Part shown: positions 56,209 through 64,000 of the stretch, in pieces
How positions within the stretch are numbered: the stretch's first letter is position 1
Layout of the letters: each line of letters begins with the position of its first letter
Source of the DNA: Bryobacterales bacterium
Lineage (GTDB): Bacteria; Acidobacteriota; Terriglobia; Bryobacterales; Bryobacteraceae
NCBI GenBank assembly: GCA_003166865.1
Contig: PMUP01000025.1
Span: forward strand, 240,094-304,093
Reading direction: 5' to 3'
Length of the DNA: 64,000 bases
Translations under genes and position numbers: made by a program
The notes under the pieces: model-generated
Told to the model about the DNA's origin: nothing
Seen by the model: the letters and a program-made list of their open reading frames with translations, nothing else
The model's database searches: none

Positions 56209-57135
56209 ATGAGCGGTGTGCCAGGTATACCCAGTGCCGCGGAGCCCCTTCTCACCGTCGACGATTTGCTCTGGTTCCTCTACCTTTATCCGCTCCGAGT
56301 TCTCTCGGCGATTGGTCCCCGAAGTCTTCTTTATTCGATTGGCCGGCTGTCCCGGTTTCGCGCGCGGAAGCGCGTGGATATGGCGGTGCGCCGGATGCTG
56401 AACGCCCCGTGCGCCGGCATACCACGTGATCAGATACCACAGATCGCTGGCCAAATGCTTGCGAACTCCGCTGTCCGCATGTTGGATGACCTGATTATTA
56501 GTTGGCCGTCTTTCCCGAGAAAATTACATTGCAGCGAAATCCAGGGCCTCGAGCACCTGGAGCGAGGAAGGTCCGCCGGCAAGGGAGTGATCCTGCTCAC
56601 CGTCCACTTTTGCGCCACCCGGGTTGCCAAGCGGCATCTTGCCACCATCGGATATCCGATCCTTACGGTGCGCGACCAGTTCTCACGGGGAGATTGGTGG
56701 GGACAACTCGGGCGCCGCGTTCTAGCGCCGCGCCGCTTGAATTTTTTGCGCGCTATCATCGGGGAGTCAGTCTGCACTCGGGAGCGGGGGTGCGCTCTGA
56801 AGATCCTGGGCCGGCTTCGGTCCGGCGGTTTGGTCAACACCCATTTCGATGGGGAATCCGGGACCAGAACCACTCCGTGGCCATTTCTCGGCGCTCCACG
56901 GCATTTTTCGACGGGGATCTTTGACCTCATACGTCTGTCAGGCTGCGCCGTTGTGCCGATGCTGTGTCTTGGCCGGAGCTCGGCTTTCCGTATCATCTTC
57001 TGCCCTGTGCTCGACATTGTCCAGGCACCCGGACGCGATGAGTTCATTCAAGCCAACCTCCCCGCTTTCGTCGAGACCATCGAACAACAGATCGTGGATC
57101 ACCCGGAGGAGTGGGAGCAATGGATGAGCATCTGA
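56209..57135 (+). CDS. LpxL/HtrB-like (lysophospholipid/lipid A) acyltransferase family protein, tentative
   Basis: 308 aa. Size and N-terminal TM are typical, and overall similarity is to the Lip_A_acyltrans family, but the HxxxxD/E box is not canonical (LTVHFCATR). Confidence 0.55.
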   Translation: MSGVPGIPSAAEPLLTVDDLLWFLYLYPLRVLSAIGPRSLLYSIGRLSRFRARKRVDMAVRRMLNAPCAGIPRDQIPQIAGQMLANSAVRMLDDLIISWPSFPRKLHCSEIQGLEHLERGRSAGKGVILLTVHFCATRVAKRHLATIGYPILTVRDQFSRGDWWGQLGRRVLAPRRLNFLRAIIGESVCTRERGCALKILGRLRSGGLVNTHFDGESGTRTTPWPFLGAPRHFSTGIFDLIRLSGCAVVPMLCLGRSSAFRIIFCPVLDIVQAPGRDEFIQANLPAFVETIEQQIVDHPEEWEQWMSI

Positions 57136-57151
57136 TCGCCTCCCGGAAACG

Positions 57152-57430
57152 ATGGCGCGGATAAGGAAAGTCTTCGTCGAGTCCTTACATTTGAATGTCC
57201 GGGATGAAGAGCTGCCTTATGAACAGATGCTGGAAGGGGCCGTCATCCTCGATTCCATCGCCGTGCTCGAATTCGTAACGGCCGTTGAAAAGGAGTTCGG
57301 AATCACGATGGAGCCGAAATTCCTCGAGGTCGAGTTCGACTTTCTGAGAGACTTGTCGGTACTCGGCTCCTACATCGAACGCCGCATCGAGACGCATCCC
57401 AGCGCCGAATCCAGGGGCGCACCTGAGTGA
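57152..57430 (+). CDS. Acyl carrier protein-like
   Basis: 92 aa. LDSIAVLEF phosphopantetheine-attachment context. Confidence 0.75.
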   Translation: MARIRKVFVESLHLNVRDEELPYEQMLEGAVILDSIAVLEFVTAVEKEFGITMEPKFLEVEFDFLRDLSVLGSYIERRIETHPSAESRGAPE

Positions 57431-58564
57431 CCGATCGTTTCAGATCGGACCGCTCTGAAGATTTCCTCCAGCTCAAACGGCGTGCCGCGGAGATGCCGGC
57501 GGCCATCGCTATAACCTCTCTCGGAGGCGATGCACTGACTTACCTGGAAACTCGAGCGGCGCCTCCACGCTATGCGGCTCGAAGCGGCGGGTGCGGGCCT
57601 CGGCCCCAGCGAAATCGCTGCTCTGGTGCTGCCAAATGGACCGGATCTGATCACCGCATTCCTGGCAGTCGCCGGCATCGGAGCCGGTGCGCCTCTCGAC
57701 CCGTCGTTTACCGAAGATGAGTTTCACTATTATCTAAATCGCCTGGGTGCAAGGATCGTCATTGTTCCCGATGGCGTGATTTCGCCGGCGGTTGCCGCGG
57801 CCGGCGCTCTGCGCATTCCCGTGCTAAGAATTCGTTCGCCTGGAACCTTCATAGGCAATTCGCCGGACAACATGGAGGCCGCGCAGTCCTTTCGCACCAC
57901 GGATGCGGCGCTTCTGCTGTTCACCTCGGCAACTACCGGTGCTCCAAAACTGGTTCCGCTCACCTGGGCGAATCTGCGCGCCATGGCAACTCGCGAAATC
58001 GGCGCCCTCGAACTGAGCGGGACGGATCGCTTCTTGAGCTTGATGCCGCTGTTTCACCTGCCCGGGCTGGCGGCCGTGCTTGCGCAGTTATTCTGCGGAG
58101 GCGCCGTTATCAGCACCCCGGAATTCAACCCCGCGACTTTCCTGGATTGGCTCGACCGCCTTGAGCCTACCTGGTTCTCATCCAGCCCTCCGTTGAACCG
58201 CGCCATTCTCGCGCTGGCGCGCCAACACCCGGAAGTTTTCCGGCGCGGGTCCCTGCGTTTGATTCGTACCACCGGTGCGGCGCCCCAGCCGGAAGTGCTC
58301 ACGGCGCTGGAAGAACCCGTTGGCGTGCCGGTGCTCACCGGCTACGGACTGACGGAAACCGGCGGCGTGACCCGCGAAACCACCGATGCCCGAAAGCCTG
58401 GATCGGTCGGCCGGAGCAGCGGCCTGGAAGTGGCCATCATAGACCCGCTCGGGAATCTCATCGCGGACGGCCGGGAGGGAGAAATCGTCGTTCGCGGCGC
58501 ATGGGTAACCTCCGGATACGTCGATGACCCGGAAGCCAATCAATCTGCGTTTCGCAACGGGTGA
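57427..58564 (+). pseudogene. Acyl-AMP/CoA ligase (AMP-binding family), frameshifted near 57548-57550 and truncated at 58564
   Basis: The N-terminus reads in one frame (57427-, ...GGDALTYLE). It continues in another frame from about 57551 (LERRLHAMRLEAAG...LPNGPDLITAFLAV...). The ORF stops right after ...NQSAFRNG, where family members continue W(F/Y)RTGD. Confidence 0.7.
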
Positions 58565-58583
58565 GCGCGTGCCGGGCGGTTGA

Positions 58584-59477
58584 ATCGGCGCCTACACGGC
58601 CGGCATTTTCGACAAGATGGTCCTGGCCGGCGCCTCCTCAATTCTCGGCCGCGGAATGATCGAAAAAGCCGCCCACATTCCCGTTTACTGGAGTCTTTGG
58701 TTATTCGCATTCCTGCCGTGCGCGCTGCTTACGATTCTCTTCACCTGGCGCCTCATATTGAGGCTGTACCCGTTGAGGCTGTACCCGCCGGAAAAGGTGT
58801 CCCCGGAACGTGCGCTGGCATTTCTTCAGGACGAGTTGAGAAAGATGGGCGCGCTGTCTCCCTTGAAGAAGAAGACTCTGGTCTTGATGCTTTTGGCGGT
58901 GGCTCTATGGATGACGGACCTCATTCACCACATCCCTCCAGCCGTGATCGGTATCAGCGCCGGTCTCATCGCCGCGTTGCCAGGTGTGGGGATTCTCGAT
59001 CAGCAGGACTTGAAGCGGGTAGATTACCAGCCCGTATTGCTTGTCGCCGCTGCCATCGGCATGAGCGATGTGCTGATGGAAACCAAAGCTCTCTTCGCGG
59101 TTACAGCCGTCATGTTCGGATGGATGGCGCCTTTGATTACCAACCCAGATGCTCTCGCAGTGATTCCCTATTGGACTGCTTTCGCCTATCATCTCTTTTT
59201 GGGAAACGAGATCTCCATGCTTGCGGCGTCCTTGCCGGCGTTGCTGCAATTCGCCAGTTCCCACGGCCTTTCTCCCCTGCAACTCGGGCTGATCTGGTCG
59301 TTCGCCGCGGGCGGGAAAATCTTCGTCTACCAGTCCGGCGTCATGGTCATGGGTTATTCCTACGGATACTTCGAAGCGCGGGATCTGTTCCGGGTGGGCT
59401 TGCTCTTGACCATTCTGGAATCGCTGTTGCTGGCGGTTCTCGTGCCGTTCTATTGGCCTCTCATCGGAATTCGTTGA
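58584..59477 (+). pseudogene. C-terminal remnant of an anion/DASS-type permease
   Basis: About 297 codons of polytopic membrane protein resembling the second half of SLC13/DASS-type permeases. It has no N-terminal half and opens directly after a stop at 58581-58583. Confidence 0.6.
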
Positions 59478-59509
59478 GACAACCCTGGCCAGCCCGCCAC
59501 TATTTCAGC

Positions 59510-60595
59510 GTGAAAGATCAAACCACTTCAATCGACACCGCCGCGCGTCAACGCGCCATTGACGCCGCCCTCGCTCAGATGGACAAGCAATTCGGTAAGG
59601 GCTCGGTACTTCGCCTCGGCTCCCGCAATGTTCTGCCCGTGGCCGTGATATCCAGCGGCTCCATTTCGGTGGATACCGCGTTGGGCGTGGGTGGCTTCCC
59701 GCGCGGCCGGGTGCTGGAAATCTTTGGGCCCGAGTCGTCCGGTAAAACCACCATGGCCTTGCAGGTGATCGCGCAGGCGCAAAAAGCCGGCGGAACAGCG
59801 GCGTTTATCGATGCCGAACATGCGCTGGACGCGGCCTACGCCCGCAATCTTGGAGTGGACGTGGACAACCTGATCGTCTCGCAGCCCGACTATGGCGAAC
59901 AGGCGCTCGAAATCACCGGCGCGCTCATCGGCTCCGGCGGGATCGATGTCGCGGTGGTGGATTCCGTCGCGGCGCTGGTGCCGAAGGCCGAGCTGGATGG
60001 TGAGATGGGCGATAGCCACATGGGTCTGCATGCCCGGCTGATGTCGCAGGCGCTGCGGAAACTCACTGGTACGGTAGCGCGGACCAATACGCTGCTGGTT
60101 TTTATCAATCAAGTGCGAGAGAAGATCGGTGTCATGTTCGGCAATCCCGAAACCACTACCGGAGGACGCGCGCTGAAGTTTTATTCCTCGGTCAGAGTAG
60201 AAGTGCGCCGGATGGCCGCCATTAAAGACGGCGAGAAAATCGTTGGTAACCGCACCAAGGTCAAGATCGTGAAGAACAAAGTGGCCGCGCCGTTCCGCGA
60301 AGCGGAAGTGGACATCCTGTACGGTCAGGGAATCTCGCGCGAAGGCGACCTGCTGGATCTGGGAGTCATTCAGGAACTTGTGGAAAAGAGCGGTTCGTGG
60401 TTTAGCTACGCAGGCCAGCGCATCGGCCAAGGCCGCGATAATGCCAGAACGTTCCTCGCCGAGAACCCGGCGCTGGCCGATCGCCTGGACGCCGAATTGC
60501 GCGCGCGGCTCAGCCTCCCCAACGCCGCCGGCCCCGCATCGCTACCCGCCGCGAGCGATTCGCTGGAGCTGGCGCAAACCGCCCGGACCGCGTAA
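59510..60595 (+). CDS. recA: Recombinase RecA
   Basis: Unmistakable RecA sequence ([12 protein letters not shown]; FIDAEHALD; [24 protein letters not shown]). GTG at 59510 is the first plausible start upstream of [18 protein letters not shown]. Confidence 0.95.
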   Translation: MKDQTTSIDTAARQRAIDAALAQMDKQFGKGSVLRLGSRNVLPVAVISSGSISVDTALGVGGFPRGRVLEIFGPESSGKTTMALQVIAQAQKAGGTAAFIDAEHALDAAYARNLGVDVDNLIVSQPDYGEQALEITGALIGSGGIDVAVVDSVAALVPKAELDGEMGDSHMGLHARLMSQALRKLTGTVARTNTLLVFINQVREKIGVMFGNPETTTGGRALKFYSSVRVEVRRMAAIKDGEKIVGNRTKVKIVKNKVAAPFREAEVDILYGQGISREGDLLDLGVIQELVEKSGSWFSYAGQRIGQGRDNARTFLAENPALADRLDAELRARLSLPNAAGPASLPAASDSLELAQTARTA

Positions 60596-60704
60596 ATTCG
60601 AGCTTTCAACGGTTCTGTTAGCTTCAAAACCCCATTCCATCGGCTCCCCGCATGTGCTAGGCTCAGAAAGCTGAGAAAAAACGCTGGTTTGGAGCATTCT
60701 GCTC

Positions 60705-60733
60705 TTTACAAGCGTCTTGGCATCTCGTATGAT
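60705..60733 (+). promoter_or_regulatory. Candidate sigma-70 promoter for hup (TTTACA-17 nt-TATGAT)
   Basis: Read directly. It predicts a leader of about 100 nt that contains the 15-bp repeats. Confidence 0.45.
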
Positions 60734-60785
60734 TTGGTAGAAAACAATTCGATACGGTTATGTTTTAAGCAAGCCGGACCGGATT

Positions 60786-60830
60786 TGGAAGAACCATAAC
60801 TGGAAGAACCATACTTGGAAGAACCAAACA
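60786..60830 (+). repeat. Three tandem 15-bp repeats TGGAAGAACCAnAnn immediately upstream of the hup RBS
   Basis: tggaagaaccataac / tggaagaaccatact / tggaagaaccaaaca, followed by AGGAGAAG and ATG at 60842. Confidence 0.9.
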
Positions 60831-60841
60831 AGGAGAAGTAA

Positions 60842-61144
60842 ATGGCAGTAGCTAAGTTGACGCAGACGCAAGTAATCAAGGAACTGGCCGGAGCCGTCGG
60901 TACCACCACGAAGGTAGCCAAGCAGTTCGTTACGAGTTTCTCTGAATTGGCCGTTCGCGAGACCAAGAAGAACGGTCTGTTTGTGATCCCCGGCATTGGC
61001 CGCCTGGTGCGCGTGGACCGCAAGGCGCGCCTCGGCCGCAATCCAGCCACCGGCGAGACCATCAAGATTCCCGCCAAGAAAGTAGTGAAGTTCAGGGTGG
61101 CGAAAGCCGTGAAGGACGCGATCGTACCTCCCAAGAAGAAGTAG
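60842..61144 (+). CDS. hup: HU/IHF-family DNA-binding protein
   Basis: 100 aa. ...GLFVIPGIGRLVRVDRKARLGRNPATGETIKIPAKKVVKFR... is the typical HU beta-arm. Confidence 0.9.
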   Translation: MAVAKLTQTQVIKELAGAVGTTTKVAKQFVTSFSELAVRETKKNGLFVIPGIGRLVRVDRKARLGRNPATGETIKIPAKKVVKFRVAKAVKDAIVPPKKK

Positions 61145-61168
61145 ATCTCACTACTCAAAAAACACAAA

Positions 61169-61200
61169 CCCCCGCGCAGCGTATCGCGGGGGTTCTGTTT
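61169..61200 (+). terminator. Rho-independent terminator after hup
   Basis: cccccgcg-cagcgtat-cgcggggg hairpin followed by ttctgtttc. Confidence 0.7.
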
Positions 61201-61253
61201 CTAAAATCGATTAGGTCCGTTCAGCTTGCGAACAAACCAGGAAGCCTTTACGC

Positions 61254-61418
61254 CTACTTCTTTTCGTCGTTGTCGTGTTCCTCTTTCACAGCGTTCTTGA
61301 AGTTCTTAATGCCTTCGCCTAAACCTTTCGCCAGCTCAGGAATCTTCTTTCCGCCAAATAGCAGAACGGCGACTACCAAAATGACCACTAGTTCAGGAAA
61401 GCCAATGGATCGGAACAT
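61254..61418 (-). CDS. tatA: Twin-arginine translocase subunit TatA/E
   Basis: Hand translation gives [54 protein letters not shown] (54 aa). TAAGGAGG RBS. The ORF is too short for the ORF track. Confidence 0.85.
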   Translation of the reverse strand: MFRSIGFPELVVILVVAVLLFGGKKIPELAKGLGEGIKNFKNAVKEEHDNDEKK

Positions 61419-61539
61419 ACGGCCTCCTTATAGGCACACCTCATTGTAGGGATCTGGCTTTCGGGTAGTCAAGCCAACGCTTTCGCGCTCATCCGACTTG
61501 AACCCGCGCAGCCGCTCTGATATACATAACGTTCGCCTT

Positions 61540-63177
<1,638 letters not shown>

Positions 63178-63241
63178 ATCCCATGGCGCGTTCCCGTTCG
63201 GCCTTCCTGATTCTGTCTGCTACACTGCCTGATACATTCTC

Positions 63242-64000
63242 TTGACTCTTCCTAAAAGTGTTGAACAACTGCGCCGCGTCGTGCGGTTACCTGATCTGGT
63301 TTTGTTCAACGTCACCGTGGTGGTGGGTGTCCGCTGGCTGGCAGTGGCGGCGCGCACTGGCCCTGGATCCATCACGCTGTGGATCGCGGCGGTATTGCTG
63401 TTTTTCATTCCCACGGCTCTGGTGGTGGCAGGACTTTCCAAGCGATATCCGGAAGAAGGCGGCCTGTATGTGTGGACCAGGGAGGCTTTCGGACCGTGGC
63501 ACGGGTTCTTGTGCGGCGCGTGCTATTTCGTGAGCACCTTGTTCTTTCTTCCCGTCGTGCTTCTGTACGGATTGTCCATAGCGGCCGTGGCGTTCGGCTT
63601 CTCGCAGGACAAAGCGCTCATGATCGGCCTGGCTCTCGCCATCCTGTGGTCAGTAGCAATCCTCAACCTGCTGGGAACGGAATTGGGGAAATGGAACAGC
63701 GACATGGGCGGGATCGCCACCATCCTGGTTGGCGCGCTGCTCATCGTGGCGGGCTGGTCCGCCTGGAGGCATGGAGGCTCGGCGACGCCGCTTCGCAATC
63801 TCGTGCCGCGGCTGGACTGGGAAAAGCTGAACTTCTGGTCGCAAATCGCCCTGGGATTGACCGGCCTGGAACTGGGAGCCATCATGGCCGGGGAGATCCG
63901 CGACCCTCAGCGCACAATTCCGCGCGCCGCTTGGATGTCGGGCCTGGCGATCTGCGCCTTCTACGTGGGTGGAACACTCGCGCTGCTGGTGCTGGTGCCT
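63242..64000 (+). CDS. APC-superfamily amino acid permease (partial, runs off right edge)
   Basis: Hand translation gives LTLPKSVEQLRRVVRLPDLVLFNVTVVVGVRWLAVAARTGPGSITLWI...YPEEGGLYVWTREAFGPWHGF... The frame opens after TGA at 63230-63232, and TTG at 63242 is a possible start. It is absent from the ORF track because no stop lies within the window. Confidence 0.8.
   Translation, partial: MTLPKSVEQLRRVVRLPDLVLFNVTVVVGVRWLAVAARTGPGSITLWIAAVLLFFIPTALVVAGLSKRYPEEGGLYVWTREAFGPWHGFLCGACYFVSTLFFLPVVLLYGLSIAAVAFGFSQDKALMIGLALAILWSVAILNLLGTELGKWNSDMGGIATILVGALLIVAGWSAWRHGGSATPLRNLVPRLDWEKLNFWSQIALGLTGLELGAIMAGEIRDPQRTIPRAAWMSGLAICAFYVGGTLALLVLVP

Noticed and set aside
58580-59509. N-terminal 310 codons of the 671-aa track ORF that ends as RecA
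   Set aside because: Only the last 361 codons are RecA. The upstream part is an out-of-frame read across the permease remnant (R/G/S-rich) and is not a RecA N-terminal extension. A GTG at 59510 gives a normal-length RecA.
60786-60830. Possibility that the 15-bp tandem repeats, or those at 58758-58787, represent a CRISPR array
   Set aside because: The repeats are directly adjacent with no spacers, are far too short, and number only 2-3 copies. No cas genes are in the window.
60706-61167. 153-aa minus-strand ORF covering the hup locus
   Set aside because: It is antisense to the clearly recognisable HU gene and its leader. It is hydrophobic/low-complexity and has no RBS.

Overview
High-GC bacterial chromosomal segment. 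My hand counts of single 60-nt lines give about 58-68% GC in ordinary genes. Gene content includes a DUF1592/DUF1552 pair with a planctomycete-type cytochrome c, GH57 plus alpha-glucan phosphorylase, and many ECF, sigma-54 and FHA regulators. This suggests an Acidobacteriota-like soil bacterium, but that is inference only. I support about 60 protein-coding genes, mostly housekeeping or metabolic. They include a SEDS-PBP fusion with an FhaA-like gene, a fadN-fadA-fadE beta-oxidation operon, purS, accD, rlmH, recA, hup, tatA, ugd, lctP and glgP. I recognised no rRNA, tRNA, CRISPR array, transposase or integrase. The best candidate for an undescribed system is a low-GC island of about 0.86 kb (32306-33167) between a GGDEF-EAL gene and a GH57 gene. 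It carries its own near-consensus sigma-70 promoter, an operator-like palindrome and two translationally coupled ORFs (68 aa coiled-coil-like, 149 aa beta-rich) that I cannot assign to any family. It uses codons rare for this genome and is bracketed by a 7-bp direct repeat. Other notable points: (1) a tricistronic ParE-type toxin-antitoxin cassette flanked by a 42-bp duplication of the 3' end of the adjacent Nudix gene; (2) an orphan ParD-like antitoxin beside a decayed toxin; (3) a frameshifted and truncated acyl-AMP ligase joined to a transporter remnant just upstream of recA; (4) three perfect-phase 15-bp tandem repeats in the hup leader; (5) a good sigma-54 promoter in front of a response regulator/enhancer-binding-protein operon; (6) an ankyrin/DUF1592/DUF1552 operon. 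Many long ORFs in the six-frame track are out-of-frame or antisense artefacts of high GC content.
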